Shown one piece after another: positions 1 to 10,481 of a stretch of 40,388 bases of DNA. The notes under the pieces were generated by a model that was not told the DNA's origin, ran no database searches, and saw nothing but the letters and a program-made list of their open reading frames with translations. A program made the position numbers and the translations under genes. How positions within the stretch are numbered: position 1 is the first letter of the stretch; each line of letters starts with the position of its first letter. The stretch lies in NCBI GenBank assembly GCA_965662415.1, contig CBFIHB010000001.1, positions 1-40,388 on the forward strand, written 5' to 3'. Source of the stretch: Actinomycetes bacterium. Lineage in GTDB: Bacteria; Actinomycetota; Actinomycetes; S36-B12.

Positions 1-11
1 CGGGAGGAAAC

Positions 12-689
12 ATGCAGGTTGACATCAAGGCCGGTCCGGCTTTTGCCTATGGCGAGGTGACTTTGGCGCCTAACGCATCGGTGCGGGTAGAAGCAGGTGC
101 CATGGCGATGCAGCGGGGTGACATCACGATTGCCACTTCCACGCAAGGCGGGTTCTTGAAGGGGCTCAAGCGCACGATCGGTGGGGAGAGCTTCTTCGTT
201 AATGACTTCTCCGCTGGAGGAAGTGGTGGTGTGGTCGGTGTTGCGGCTGCGCTGCCGGGCGACATGACGTTGGTGGATTTGCAGGGAAGCACGGCACTGA
301 TGGTGCAGTCGGGATCGTGGATCGCGTCTGATCCTACGGTCGATGTCGATTCCAGTTGGGGCGGCGGAAAGATGTTCTTCAGCGGTGAGGGACTGATACT
401 GCTGAAGTGCACCGGGCAGGGCCAAGTACTGGTCTCGGCGTACGGGGCGATCGTGGATGCCAACCTCTCTGATGGAGAGACTATGACCCTCGATACAGGG
501 CATGTGGTCGCATTCGATGAGACCGTCAAGTACTCCGTTCGCAAGGCGGGAAGTTGGAAGACCACTCTGCTCGGCGGTGAAGGTCTAGTCACTGACTTCA
601 CTGGGCCCGGTCGGGTGTGGATGCAAACACGCAGCACTCCGGACTTCGTCAACTGGCTGAAGTCTGTATTGCCGGGGAACCGGAGCTAG
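12..689 (+). CDS. AIM24 family protein (DUF124/TIGR00266-like)
   Basis: 225-aa ORF with a GGGAGGAAAC Shine-Dalgarno just upstream of the ATG. Gly-rich all-beta type sequence ([21 protein letters not shown]) matches my recollection of the AIM24 family. The 3' end overlaps the copA 3' end by 41 nt. Confidence 0.75.
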   Translation: MQVDIKAGPAFAYGEVTLAPNASVRVEAGAMAMQRGDITIATSTQGGFLKGLKRTIGGESFFVNDFSAGGSGGVVGVAAALPGDMTLVDLQGSTALMVQSGSWIASDPTVDVDSSWGGGKMFFSGEGLILLKCTGQGQVLVSAYGAIVDANLSDGETMTLDTGHVVAFDETVKYSVRKAGSWKTTLLGGEGLVTDFTGPGRVWMQTRSTPDFVNWLKSVLPGNRS

Positions 690-2913
690 CGAAGCGCCGC
701 AGCCGAAGGCTGTTCGTCACGACGAACACCGAGGAGAAGGCCATGGCCGCTCCGGCGATCATCGGGTTTAGCAGGCCGGCCATCGCGAGCGGGATGGCGG
801 CGACGTTGTAGGCGAAGGCCCAGAACAGGTTTCCCTTGATGGTCGCGAGTGTGCGGCGCGACAGGCGGATGGCATCGACGATGCTGCGAGGATCCGAGCG
901 CATCAAGGTGATGTCGCTGGCCTCGATGGCAACATCGGTGCCTGACCCCATCGCCATACCTAGGTCCGCCTGGGCCAGGGCAGCCGCATCGTTGACACCA
1001 TCACCCACCATCGCCACCCGGTTGCCTCGAGCTTGGAGATCGGCAACCGCGGCGATCTTGTCTGCGGGTAGCACTTCTGCCACTACTTCAGTGATCCCCA
1101 ACTGATCTGCGACGGTGCGAGCAACTGCCGTGTTGTCACCGGTGACCATGATCGGCTCGAGGCCAAGTTGCTTCATCTGTTCGATCGCGACGGCACTTTC
1201 CGGCTTGATCGCATCGGCAACTGCGATCGCACCGATGAAGGTGCCATCCGATGCACCGGAGATCACGGTGCGGCCCAGGTGCTGTTGTTCGCGGATCCAC
1301 GACGTCGCATCGTCGGGGATAACTACTGCCCACTCATCGCGGAGCCACGAGGCTTTACCGGCGACGATCGCTCGACCTTCCACTACTCCCTGCACACCTT
1401 GACCCTGGGTGCTGACGAAGGACTCGACCGGGTGCGGCTGATCGATCGCAGCCGTGATCGCCTGGCCGATGGGGTGCTCGGATGCAGACTCCACGGATGC
1501 GACTACCCCGAGGACGTGGTGGGGGTCGCGAGGGTTGGACTGATCACCTGCGAGGACATCGACAACGGTCATGCGCCCCTCAGTGAGGGTCCCGGTCTTG
1601 TCCAAGACGATCGAGGTGACCTGGCGGGTGGCTTCCAAGATCTCTGGCCCGCGAATGACGATGCCGAGCTGCGCACCGCGGCCGGTGCCGACCAATAGGG
1701 CAGTGGGTGTGGCAAGGCCCAGGGCGCAGGGGCAGGCGATGATCAATACGGCCACCGCAGCAGTGAATGCGAAGGTGATGCTCTGGCCAGCGAGCACCCA
1801 ACCGATCACGGTTCCGATCGCCAAGACGATCACTATCGGCACGAAGACAGCCGACACCCGATCAGCCAAGCGTTGCACAGGCGCCTTCTGCGCTTGGGCC
1901 TGTTCGACCATCGTGGCGATCCGTGCGAGCTGAGTGTCCGCTCCAACTTTCGTTGCTCGGACAATCAAACGTCCTGACGTGTTGATACCGGCGCCCACCA
2001 CATCATCGCCCGGTGCCACCTCGACCGGTACCGGCTCACCGGTGAGCAGACTCATGTCCACCGCAGAGTGCCCGTCAATCACCTGCCCGTCAGTAGCAAC
2101 CTTCTCCCCCGGTCGGACGACGAATTCATCGCCTACCACGAGTTGATCAATGGGTATCCGCTGCTCGGTTCCATCCTTGATCACCGCAACATCTTTCGCA
2201 CCCATCGTCATCAAGGCAGTGAGCGCCTGGCTGCTGCGCTGCTTGGCGCGAGCTTCGAAGTAGCGGCCAAGCAGGATGAATGTGGTGACGGCTGCTGCGA
2301 CCTCGAGGTAGATCTCGCTGGCGCCACCGCCTTGGGTTGGCAGTAAGTGGAATGACATCCGCATACCCGGCTCGCCGGCACCGCCGAGGAATAGTGCGTA
2401 CAGCGACCACAGGAAGGCAGCACCCACGCCCATCGAGACAAGCGTGTCCATGGTGGCGGCGCCGTGCCGAAGATTGATCCACGCAGCACGATGGAATGGC
2501 AATGCGCCCCACACCACCACCGGCGCCGCGAGCGTCAAACTCAGCCACTGCCAATAATCGAACTGCAACGGCGGCACCATCGCGAGGATGACCACCGGGA
2601 TTGTGAGGATCGCACTGACGGTTACCCGTTGCCGAAGATCAGCTACCTCTGTGTCTTCGCTGACTTCGTCGTCGTTCGCTTTGGTGTCCGGTTGCGATGC
2701 TGTGTAGCCGGTGGCTTCGACGGTCGCGATCGCGTCGGCAACGGAGATACCTTCAGGAAGAACGACATGAGCGCGCTCGGTGGCGTAGTTGACAGTGGCG
2801 CTGACCCCAGCCATGCGGTTGAGTTTCTTCTCAACCCGTGCGGCGCACGAGGCGCACGTCATCCCACCGATGTCGAGGTCGACCTCGGTGCCGTGCTGGG
2901 TGGGTATGGACAT
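649..2913 (-). CDS. copA: copper-translocating P1B-type ATPase
   Basis: N-terminal HMA domain [16 protein letters not shown], membrane CPC metal site ([13 protein letters not shown]), DKTGTLT phosphorylation motif and [13 protein letters not shown] hinge. 754 aa. Confidence 0.95.
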   Translation of the reverse strand: MSIPTQHGTEVDLDIGGMTCASCAARVEKKLNRMAGVSATVNYATERAHVVLPEGISVADAIATVEATGYTASQPDTKANDDEVSEDTEVADLRQRVTVSAILTIPVVILAMVPPLQFDYWQWLSLTLAAPVVVWGALPFHRAAWINLRHGAATMDTLVSMGVGAAFLWSLYALFLGGAGEPGMRMSFHLLPTQGGGASEIYLEVAAAVTTFILLGRYFEARAKQRSSQALTALMTMGAKDVAVIKDGTEQRIPIDQLVVGDEFVVRPGEKVATDGQVIDGHSAVDMSLLTGEPVPVEVAPGDDVVGAGINTSGRLIVRATKVGADTQLARIATMVEQAQAQKAPVQRLADRVSAVFVPIVIVLAIGTVIGWVLAGQSITFAFTAAVAVLIIACPCALGLATPTALLVGTGRGAQLGIVIRGPEILEATRQVTSIVLDKTGTLTEGRMTVVDVLAGDQSNPRDPHHVLGVVASVESASEHPIGQAITAAIDQPHPVESFVSTQGQGVQGVVEGRAIVAGKASWLRDEWAVVIPDDATSWIREQQHLGRTVISGASDGTFIGAIAVADAIKPESAVAIEQMKQLGLEPIMVTGDNTAVARTVADQLGITEVVAEVLPADKIAAVADLQARGNRVAMVGDGVNDAAALAQADLGMAMGSGTDVAIEASDITLMRSDPRSIVDAIRLSRRTLATIKGNLFWAFAYNVAAIPLAMAGLLNPMIAGAAMAFSSVFVVTNSLRLRRFASSGSPAIQTSAS

Positions 2914-2920
2914 CTGCGTA

Positions 2921-3136
2921 TCAGGCGATCAGTTCGTAGCCGGCTTCATCTATCGCCGCACGCACGGCTTCGATATCGAGCTCGGCGTCGCTCGCGACGG
3001 TCACGGGCGAATCGCCGCCTTCGACTAGATCGATCTCGACGCTCGCAACACCGTCGATCTCGCTGATCTCCTCGGTAACTGCGTTCACGCAATGACCGCA
3101 GGTCATGCCGCGGACGGTGTAGGTGGTGCTGGTCAT
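2921..3136 (-). CDS. copZ: heavy-metal-associated copper chaperone
   Basis: 71 aa with the [13 protein letters not shown] motif, 7 nt upstream of copA. Confidence 0.9.
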   Translation of the reverse strand: MTSTTYTVRGMTCGHCVNAVTEEISEIDGVASVEIDLVEGGDSPVTVASDAELDIEAVRAAIDEAGYELIA

Positions 3137-3144
3137 GGTGACTC

Positions 3145-3426
3145 CTAGCTCTTCACGAGACGCGCAACGGCGTCAGAGGCTTCCTTGATCTTTTCGTCGG
3201 CCACATCCCCGCCTTCGACGAGTGCATGTGCAACGCAGTGCCCGAGATGATCCTCGAGGAGGAGGAGGGCAACGGACTGCAGGGCCTTCGTGGTAGCCGA
3301 GACCTGGGTAAGGACGTCGATGCAGTACGTGTCCTCTTCGACCATCCGTTGCAGCCCCCGCACCTGGCCCTCGACCCGCTTGAGTCGCTTCACCAAGGCG
3401 TCCTTATCGGCCTCGTAACCAGGCAC
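3145..3426 (-). CDS. csoR: CsoR-family copper-sensing transcriptional repressor
   Basis: 93 aa with the DUF156 signature KRLKRVEGQVRGLQRMVEED.YCIDVLTQ plus HCVAH (Cys/His/Cys ligand pattern). GTG start preceded by AGGAGGAG. First gene of csoR-copZ-copA. Confidence 0.9.
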   Translation of the reverse strand: MPGYEADKDALVKRLKRVEGQVRGLQRMVEEDTYCIDVLTQVSATTKALQSVALLLLEDHLGHCVAHALVEGGDVADEKIKEASDAVARLVKS

Positions 3427-3444
3427 CGCTCCTCCTAGAGTGAT

Positions 3445-3461
3445 ATACCCCCCTAGGGTAT
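3445..3461. promoter_or_regulatory. candidate CsoR operator, ATACCC-N5-GGGTAT pseudopalindrome
   Basis: ATACCCCCCTAGGGTAT lies 19 nt upstream of the csoR start. Its arms ATACCC/GGGTAT are reverse complements and resemble the known GC-rich TACCC..GGGTA type CsoR boxes. On the minus strand it overlaps a TATATC -10-like hexamer. Confidence 0.55.
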
Positions 3462-3465
3462 AGGG

Positions 3466-4995
3466 CTAATCGCAGACGAGGTCGCTCGGGGGCACCTTGC
3501 CAGCCAGCAGATAGGCGTCGACGGCGTCGTCGACGCACGTCGAACCCTCCCGGTAGGCCGTGTGGTTGACAGCATCCCACGTGACCAGATGACCGTCCTC
3601 GAGCGATTGCGCCAGAGCCAACCCCCACGAGTGCGGCGTGGCCGAATCTCCCGTAGTGGAGACGACCAAGATCGGCGGCGCGCCTGCCGCTCTCGTGGGT
3701 GAATCGCTACCAGTCGATGCCGCTGGCCAGTCCGCACGCACGAGCAGACCCCACGCCAACGCCTCACCGAAGGTTGGGGCTTCCATCTGCCAATCGTCAA
3801 CCAGTTGCATCACGCGTGCTTCGTCCCCGTCAAAAGGCCGATCCGCGCAGGAGACGGCATAGAAGGAATCCGTTGAGTTGTCCAGGTAGCGGCCATCGAC
3901 CGAGCGGCTCGTGCGCTCGTCTACCAACGCGAGCAACGCGGTCCCATCGCGATTATCAACTGCTTGCTTGAGAGCATCACGGAGCCTTGGGTAGTCACCG
4001 TCGGGGAAGTACAGGAAGGAGATCACTGCGTAATTACCGAGCGACTCGGTGAGTTCCCGGCCATCAGCGGTAGGCAGGGGTTCGGTGTCCAGATCTGCCA
4101 GGAAGGCGCGCAGTTGCGTCGCAACATCTGCGGCGTCACCATCGAAAGGACACGAGCCCGATACGGCGCATTCCTGCGCAAAGTGCTCGAAGGCTGATTC
4201 GAATGCCACCGCCTGGCCGAAGGTGACCTCCTCTTGACTGAGGTGAGTCGGAAGCACACCGTCGAGAACCATGCGCCCCACCGTTTCGGGAAAGAGTTCG
4301 GCGTACGTTGCGCCGAGCGCCGTCCCGTAGGACTTTCCGATGTAGTTCAAGACGGGTTCGCCCAGCGCCGCGCGCGCGATGTCCATGTCGCGAGCCACGG
4401 ACACCGTGTCCATGTACTTCCACAGTTCGGAAGCCTCCGCCTCGCAGGCTTCAGCTACATAGGAGGAGTCTTCGACGATCTCTCGGCCTTCCTCGACAGT
4501 GTCTGGCGTTCCGTCAGCCGCGAAAATCGCATCGATCTCGGCATCGCTCAGGCATCGCACCGGTTCGCTCTTGCCGACGCCCCGCGGATCGACACCGACG
4601 ATGTCGAACGATTCACGGATCGCGGGTGAGACCACGATGTCCGCGGCCTTGGCGTAATCGAAGGCACTGCCTCCCGGGCCGCCGGGATTCAAGAAGACCG
4701 CTCCGATCGATTCCCCGGTCGCGGGGATTTTCGTGAGTGCGAGTTCGACGGTCTTCCCATCGGGTTCGTCGTAGTCCATCGGCACCTGAACCTTGGTGCA
4801 CTCCGCTCCCCCGCACTCTCGCCAATCGAGTTCTTGCCCATAGAACCCGGCGAGTGGATCAACCTCAGGAGACGGTGAGTCCTCAGTTGGCGTGGGTTCC
4901 GGTATCGGCGGAGGCACCGCCTGGGGGGTACTCGAGCACCCGGCGATGAGCAGGCCCGCGATGAGCAGGCCACCCAGAGATCTCCCAGCGTGCAT
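3466..4995 (-). CDS. secreted lipoprotein alpha/beta hydrolase, tripeptidyl-aminopeptidase (TAP)-like
   Basis: I trimmed the ORF track start (5181) to the ATG at 4995, which gives MHAGRSLGGLLIAGLLIAGC with an LIAGC lipobox. Nucleophile elbow GKSYG. The C-terminal part looks TAP-like. Confidence 0.8.
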   Translation of the reverse strand: MHAGRSLGGLLIAGLLIAGCSSTPQAVPPPIPEPTPTEDSPSPEVDPLAGFYGQELDWRECGGAECTKVQVPMDYDEPDGKTVELALTKIPATGESIGAVFLNPGGPGGSAFDYAKAADIVVSPAIRESFDIVGVDPRGVGKSEPVRCLSDAEIDAIFAADGTPDTVEEGREIVEDSSYVAEACEAEASELWKYMDTVSVARDMDIARAALGEPVLNYIGKSYGTALGATYAELFPETVGRMVLDGVLPTHLSQEEVTFGQAVAFESAFEHFAQECAVSGSCPFDGDAADVATQLRAFLADLDTEPLPTADGRELTESLGNYAVISFLYFPDGDYPRLRDALKQAVDNRDGTALLALVDERTSRSVDGRYLDNSTDSFYAVSCADRPFDGDEARVMQLVDDWQMEAPTFGEALAWGLLVRADWPAASTGSDSPTRAAGAPPILVVSTTGDSATPHSWGLALAQSLEDGHLVTWDAVNHTAYREGSTCVDDAVDAYLLAGKVPPSDLVCD

Positions 4996-5030
4996 GGCAC
5001 CCACGGTAACCCGGCACGTACCCTGATCTT

Positions 5031-5843
5031 GTGGGCCGAAGCAAGAAGGACTCCGCGGATCTCTCCGCGTCGATCGACGCTGCGGTGCAAAAAGGCCTAG
5101 ATCTCGTCGATGTCTTTCGTGGGGCGCCGGCTGGGCGCCGGGAACTCGAGCGCCAGGCAAGACAGAGTGCTCGACAAGCACGGCATGTCCAGCGAGCCTA
5201 CGCGGCGCGCAAGGCCCAGGCCCAGGCGCTGACTATCGGCGGCACGGCGGTCAGTGCGTCGACCGGGACGGTCGGGATCATCGACCTGCTCGCCACCAGC
5301 ACTGGTGATGTCGCCTGGTTCGCGGTCTCGGCCATCGGCGCGGTTGCCGCGGTCATCGGTGCGCGGGCCTGGCGTCGACTCCTGCCTCCGACCCCTGTCC
5401 CCACGATCGAGACGGCACCCGCCCTTCTTCGTCGGGGCGCAATCGGACACGAATCGGTCGCGCGGTACACAGCGGTGCGTGTACAAACCGTTCAGGTGAT
5501 TCGCGCGATCGAACCCCTGCATGCAGATGCAGCCACCGAGATCCGCTCCGCGGACTCCCAAGCCGCCCCCGCGCTGAACGCACTAGCCGAGCGGCTACGA
5601 GTGCTCGACGAAATGTCACGCAAGATGCCTGGAAGTGCCGCGGCCGATTCCGCCCGGGAGTCAGCGCGGGCGGTAACCGAACAACTCGATCGAGGCTCGG
5701 CCGGATACGACGTTCTCTTGGCAGCGGCTGCTCGGTTGCTCGCCGAACCGAGTCTGGCGCGTCCGGTGCCTGAAGTTCTCGAGCCGGCATCCTCGGCGTT
5801 AATCGCCTACGCGCACGGGCTACGTACCGCCTCGCAGATCTGA
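5031..5843 (+). CDS. hypothetical membrane protein (Ala/Arg-rich, one or two predicted TM segments)
   Basis: It is the longest ORF in the interval and is G/C-rich at third codon positions. It has a hydrophobic stretch (GIIDLLATSTGDVAWFAVSAIGAVAAVIGA) between helical Ala/Arg/Gln-rich regions. GTG start. I recognise no family. Confidence 0.5.
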   Translation: MGRSKKDSADLSASIDAAVQKGLDLVDVFRGAPAGRRELERQARQSARQARHVQRAYAARKAQAQALTIGGTAVSASTGTVGIIDLLATSTGDVAWFAVSAIGAVAAVIGARAWRRLLPPTPVPTIETAPALLRRGAIGHESVARYTAVRVQTVQVIRAIEPLHADAATEIRSADSQAAPALNALAERLRVLDEMSRKMPGSAAADSARESARAVTEQLDRGSAGYDVLLAAAARLLAEPSLARPVPEVLEPASSALIAYAHGLRTASQI

Positions 5844-5855
5844 GTCACTGCTTCT

Positions 5856-7055
5856 TCACGCCGTAGCTCGGACGGCCGGATCCTTCAACTGCACCATCGC
5901 GGCCTCGAGCACGGTGCGTGGGCTGCCGCCAGCGAAAAGCACGATGCGTTCGTGCTCCAAGGCCTCGAGCCGTCTGACCGTTTGCTCCTGTGTTGACGCA
6001 TCCGCGATCTGCTCCACCTGGGCGCGCATTTCCTCGTTGATCAAGTCGACGTCCGCCCCCACCTGAACGGTGAAGACGTCCCGGAACAAGCCGATCAGAT
6101 CCACGAGGGCACGGTCGACCTCATCGGTGATGAGGCGTCGTCGGCGTCGTTTATGTTCTTTGGCGATGATCTTGGCCTCATGATCGTGGGACCGTTTGAG
6201 CGCACCGGAAAGGCGCGTGACCCCCTCGGCGTAGTAACGCGATCTAAGTTCGGCGATCTCTTCGTCATCGAGGTGATCCGCTCGGGCCTCAGCGACCGCA
6301 CTAGCCGCATCGAACACCTCACCAGCTGCCGAGACGCAGGCCGCAAGGTCACGCAATCCCATCGGTGCACGCAGATACTGCTGGCGTCGTTCCCGGGTGC
6401 TGGGATCAGTTGCTAGCGCGCGAGCACGGCCGATATGTCCTTGCGAGGCACGCGCAGCGAAAGTGGCGATGGTTGCGTCGACTCCACACGATTCGACCAG
6501 CATCGCACTGATGTCCTCGGTGCTGGGGGTACGAAGACCCACCTGGCGGGTGCGCGAGGAGATCGTCGGCAGGACGTCTTCCACACTGGGTGCGCAAAGC
6601 ACCCAAACGGTGTGGGGAGTGGGTTCCTCGAGAGACTTCAGCAGGTGGTTCGCCGCGTGATCGTTGAGTCGGTCTGCGTCCTCGATCACGATCACTCGCC
6701 ACATCGCACTCATCGGAGATTGCGCTGCCATGGATATGAGTGGCTCTACGTGCTCGAGCAAGATGTCCGACCCCTCGGGGATCACCACGTGGACATCCGG
6801 GTGACCGCCGTGATCGGCGGTCCGACAAGCCTGGCAATGCCCGCAGCCAGATTCCTCGCAGACCAATGCCGAGGCAAAAGTGGTGGCCGCTCGGGACCGT
6901 CCCGATCCCGGTGGACCGGTGATCAGCCAGGCGTGAGACATCCCCGGTCCGGGTTCACCACGAGTGATCGCTTCGGCATCCCGGACAGCGGCAGTGAGGA
7001 CCTCGACCGCATCGTCTTGGCCGATCAACCCGGACCACAGCACCGGGATGCTCAT
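5856..7055 (-). CDS. holB: DNA polymerase III subunit delta-prime
   Basis: Degenerate P-loop GPPGSGRS, Zn module CEESGCGHCQAC, SRTR sensor-like motif. ATGA overlap with the tmk stop. Confidence 0.9.
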   Translation of the reverse strand: MSIPVLWSGLIGQDDAVEVLTAAVRDAEAITRGEPGPGMSHAWLITGPPGSGRSRAATTFASALVCEESGCGHCQACRTADHGGHPDVHVVIPEGSDILLEHVEPLISMAAQSPMSAMWRVIVIEDADRLNDHAANHLLKSLEEPTPHTVWVLCAPSVEDVLPTISSRTRQVGLRTPSTEDISAMLVESCGVDATIATFAARASQGHIGRARALATDPSTRERRQQYLRAPMGLRDLAACVSAAGEVFDAASAVAEARADHLDDEEIAELRSRYYAEGVTRLSGALKRSHDHEAKIIAKEHKRRRRRLITDEVDRALVDLIGLFRDVFTVQVGADVDLINEEMRAQVEQIADASTQEQTVRRLEALEHERIVLFAGGSPRTVLEAAMVQLKDPAVRATA

Positions 7056-7672
7056 TGCCGAGCCTTGAGAAGTTCAGTTACCCGCGCTCGGATGGTCGCG
7101 GCGATCGTGTCCTTCGAGTCAGTCGCATCAAGCACGAGGTAGCGCTGCGCGTCATCTCGCGCGATGTCGAGGAAGGCTTGCCGTACGCGTCGGTGGTAAT
7201 CGATTGGCTCAGACTCCAAGCGATCGGGGCGCTCCACCCGCGAGAGCCCGACCTGCGGATCGATATCGAGCACCACAGTGAGATCGGGGACGAGTTCGCG
7301 GGTTGCCCACAGACTCAGATCGCGCACGTACTCAGCTCCGAGATCACGTCCAATTCCCTGGTAGGCGACCGAGGAATCGATATACCGATCGCACACGACA
7401 ACGGTTCCTGAGTCGAGTGCGGGTCTGATCACTCGCTCCACGTGCTCTCCGCGGGCGGCGGCGAACAGCAGTGCTTCGGCGCGGGGATCGAGCCCGGAGT
7501 ACTCGTTGCCGAGTAGAACTGCGCGGATGGCTTCACCGGCCGGAGTACCGCCTGGTTCGCGGGTCCGCAGGACGCTGCATCCCTCAGCGGTGAGCCACTC
7601 CGCGAGCAACGCCTCCTGGGTGGACTTACCCGCGCCCTCACCACCCTCGAAGGCGATGAACGCTGCACCCAT
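7052..7672 (-). CDS. tmk: dTMP (thymidylate) kinase
   Basis: P-loop FEGGEGAGKST, TREPGGT, DRY motif. 206 aa. Confidence 0.95.
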   Translation of the reverse strand: MGAAFIAFEGGEGAGKSTQEALLAEWLTAEGCSVLRTREPGGTPAGEAIRAVLLGNEYSGLDPRAEALLFAAARGEHVERVIRPALDSGTVVVCDRYIDSSVAYQGIGRDLGAEYVRDLSLWATRELVPDLTVVLDIDPQVGLSRVERPDRLESEPIDYHRRVRQAFLDIARDDAQRYLVLDATDSKDTIAATIRARVTELLKARQ

Positions 7673-7674
7673 GG

Positions 7675-10311
7675 CTACTTCGTGCTCCCGGCGGTCGCCT
7701 TCTTCGCAGGCTTCTTGGTCGACTTCTTGGTGGCCTTCCTGGTCGACTTTCGAGCCGTCTTCTTGGCCGGCCCGCGCGCCTTGCGTTCAGCAATGAGGTC
7801 GCTGGCTCGTTCGATGCTGACGGTCATCGGATCATCGACCACGCGCAAGGTCGCGTTTGTCTCGCCGTCGGTCACGTACGGGCCGAAGCGCCCCTCCCGT
7901 ACGACGATCATCTTGCCGGTGGTCGGATCGGCGCCCACTTCGCGCAGCGGTGCTGCCGCTTGACCCCGTCCGCGGCGCTGCTTGGGCTGCGCGAACAGTG
8001 CGAGAGCCTGCTCCAACGTGACCGAGAAGATCTGATCCTCACTGTCAAGGGAACGCGAATCAGTGCCCTTGGTGAGGTACGGGCCGTACCTGCCGTTTTG
8101 CGCCTTGATCTCCTCGCCATCGGCCGGATCGACACCGACGATGCGGGGCAAGCTGAGCAGTTTGAGAGCGTCCTCGAAAGTCACCTGGCTGGGCTTCATG
8201 TCGCTCAACAAAGACTGGGTGCGCGGCTTGGCGGACTTTGGGGCGTCGCCGGGCAATTCCTCAAGGACGTACGGGCCGTACCGGCCGGACTTCACCACAA
8301 CGGTGAGCCCGGTTTCCGGGTTGGTGCCCAACTCCCGATCACCCGAGGGTTCGGCAAGCAATTCCTCGGCCTGAGCAGCATTCAGTTCATCGGGTGCCAG
8401 CCCGACGGGGATGTTGGCGCGCTCCTCACCCCGCTCGACGTACGCGCCGTAACGACCGACTCGCAGTGATGCGTCGCTGTCCTTGATGGGGAAGGTGGCG
8501 ATCCCGCGGGCATCAATCGATCCCAGATCCTCCGTGAGCACCTTGACGCCAGGGAAATCACCATTGACGCTCGTGCCGCCGCGCCAAAAGGCTTCGAGCT
8601 GCTGTACGCGATCAATCTCCCCACCGGCAATCATGTCCAGCACGTTCTCCATGTTCGCCGTGAAGTCGTAATCGATCAGTGCCGAGAAGTGCTCCTCGAG
8701 AAGGCGGATCACCGCGAAGGCGGTGAAACTCGGGACCAGCGCCGAGCCCTTCTTCCATACGTATCCGCGATCCAAGATGGTGGACATGATGGAGGCATAG
8801 GTGGATGGGCGTCCGATGCCGAGTTCCTCGAGTTTGGCCACAAGTGAGGCTTCGTTGTAGCGCGCCGGTGATTTAGTCGAATGCCCTTCGGCCGTCATCG
8901 ATTCAACGGTGACGCTCTGACCCTCCGCCAATTCAGGAAGCTCACGATCGTTGTCGTCGTTGTTAACATCCTTGAGGGCTGCCATGAAGCCCGGGAACGT
9001 GACGACGGTTCCCGAAGCGGTGAACTCGACTGCCCGACCATCGCTCGCCTCCGCCGACAACTTGACGGTTGTAGTGGCGGTTTGCGCATTGACCATCTGC
9101 GAGGCGACGGTGCGCTTCCAAATGAGGTCGTACAAGGCGAACTCATCACCGACAAGCTCGCCGGCGACCGCTGCCGGAGTGCGGAAGGCATCTCCGGAGG
9201 GCCGGATCGCCTCGTGCGCTTCTTGGGCGTTCTTCACCTTACGGTCGTAGCGACGCGGTTGATCGGGAACGTAGTCCGCTCCGTACAACTCACGAGCCTG
9301 GGTGCGAGCAGCGGTGAGCGCCTGCTCGGACAAGGTGGTGGAGTCGGTTCGCATGTAGGTGATGTAGCCGTTCTCGTATAAGGACTGCGCGACTCGCATC
9401 GTGCGCTGCGCACCCCATCGCAATCGGCTCGAGGCTTCCTGCTGCAGCGTCGAAGTCATGAACGGTGCCTTGGGCTTCTTCGAAGCGGGCTTTTGCGCGA
9501 TCGATTCGACAGTGAAGGCCTTGTCGGCAAGGGCTGCCACCAGGTTCTGGGCGCCGGTCTCATCCAGGTGCACCGCGCCGTCTCGGGTCAATTGGCCGTC
9601 GTCGTTGAAGTCGGCACCGGTTGCAACGCGCTGGCCGTCGATTCCGGTAAGTCGGCCCGGGAAGGGGCCGGGCAGGAACTCACCATCGATACCCCAGTAC
9701 TCGGCCGGAGTGAAGGCGATGCGCTCGCGCTCCTTGTCGACCACCAAGCGCACGGCCACCGACTGAACGCGCCCAGCTGACTTCGCTTCCCGACCGATCT
9801 TCTTCCACAGCACCTCGGACACGGGATAGCCGTAGAGGCGGTCGACTACGCGCCGGGTCTCCTGCGCATCGACCAGTCGCATGTCGAGTTCACGTGGATG
9901 CTCGACGGCTTCACGGATCGCCTCCGGGGTGATCTCGTTGAAGACCATGCGCTTGACCGGGACCTTGGGCTTAAGCACTTCGAGCAGGTGCCAGGAGATT
10001 GCCTCGCCTTCGCGGTCCTCGTCCGTGGCGAGCAGGAGTTCGTCGGCGTCTTTGAGTGCCGCCTTCAATTCCTTGATCGTCGCCTTCTTGGAATCGTGGA
10101 TGACGTAGTGAGGTTGAAAGGCGTCGTCGACGTTGACGGCGAGCTTGGCCCAGGGCTTCTTGCGGTGCTCGGCGGGGATCTCCGAAGCCTTGGAGGCCAA
10201 GTCCCGGACGTGCCCAACTGAGGCCAACACCGTGTAGTGCTCGCCGAGGTAGCCGGCGATCTTCTTGGCCTTGGCTGGCGATTCGACGATCACCAACGTG
10301 TTGTCCGGCAC
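7675..10311 (-). CDS. topA: DNA topoisomerase I (type IA)
   Basis: Toprim LVIVESPAKAKKI and TDEDREGE, active-site GYITYMRTDS, Lys-rich C-terminal tail typical of actinobacterial TopA. GTG start. Confidence 0.97.
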   Translation of the reverse strand: MPDNTLVIVESPAKAKKIAGYLGEHYTVLASVGHVRDLASKASEIPAEHRKKPWAKLAVNVDDAFQPHYVIHDSKKATIKELKAALKDADELLLATDEDREGEAISWHLLEVLKPKVPVKRMVFNEITPEAIREAVEHPRELDMRLVDAQETRRVVDRLYGYPVSEVLWKKIGREAKSAGRVQSVAVRLVVDKERERIAFTPAEYWGIDGEFLPGPFPGRLTGIDGQRVATGADFNDDGQLTRDGAVHLDETGAQNLVAALADKAFTVESIAQKPASKKPKAPFMTSTLQQEASSRLRWGAQRTMRVAQSLYENGYITYMRTDSTTLSEQALTAARTQARELYGADYVPDQPRRYDRKVKNAQEAHEAIRPSGDAFRTPAAVAGELVGDEFALYDLIWKRTVASQMVNAQTATTTVKLSAEASDGRAVEFTASGTVVTFPGFMAALKDVNNDDNDRELPELAEGQSVTVESMTAEGHSTKSPARYNEASLVAKLEELGIGRPSTYASIMSTILDRGYVWKKGSALVPSFTAFAVIRLLEEHFSALIDYDFTANMENVLDMIAGGEIDRVQQLEAFWRGGTSVNGDFPGVKVLTEDLGSIDARGIATFPIKDSDASLRVGRYGAYVERGEERANIPVGLAPDELNAAQAEELLAEPSGDRELGTNPETGLTVVVKSGRYGPYVLEELPGDAPKSAKPRTQSLLSDMKPSQVTFEDALKLLSLPRIVGVDPADGEEIKAQNGRYGPYLTKGTDSRSLDSEDQIFSVTLEQALALFAQPKQRRGRGQAAAPLREVGADPTTGKMIVVREGRFGPYVTDGETNATLRVVDDPMTVSIERASDLIAERKARGPAKKTARKSTRKATKKSTKKPAKKATAGSTK

Positions 10312-10408
10312 TTATCCGTCCTTCCGATCCAGCGTTGCCTTGTTCGAGGGCAACGGAGTCTGACGGTAGGACACCAAGGCGTGTCAACTCCGCACCGCCC
10401 CCGGAAAG

Positions 10409-10457
10409 CCGACCGCCCGGGGCATTCCCCTATGGGGAATGAGGCACCCGGGCGGTC
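10409..10457 (-). terminator. nested GC-rich hairpin downstream of hppA (candidate intrinsic terminator)
   Basis: Outer 12-bp perfect stem CGACCGCCCGGG / CCCGGGCGGTCG encloses an inner 8-bp stem CATTCCCC / GGGGAATG. It starts about 25 nt past the hppA stop. Only a weak U tract (CTTTCC) follows on the minus strand. Confidence 0.55.
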
Positions 10458-10481
10458 GTCCGAAATCCGGAAATGCGGTGT

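Noticed and set aside
47-652. Many long ORFs antisense to or out of frame with recognised genes. Examples are 47-652(-), 1168-1698(+), 10838-11464(-), 14115-14957(-), 19112-19783(+), 32821-33873(-) and 36996-37649(-).
   Set aside because: These are typical high-GC shadow ORFs. Their translations are Arg/Pro/Ser/Gly-rich low-complexity strings without motifs, and each lies entirely inside a gene whose product carries clear family signatures.
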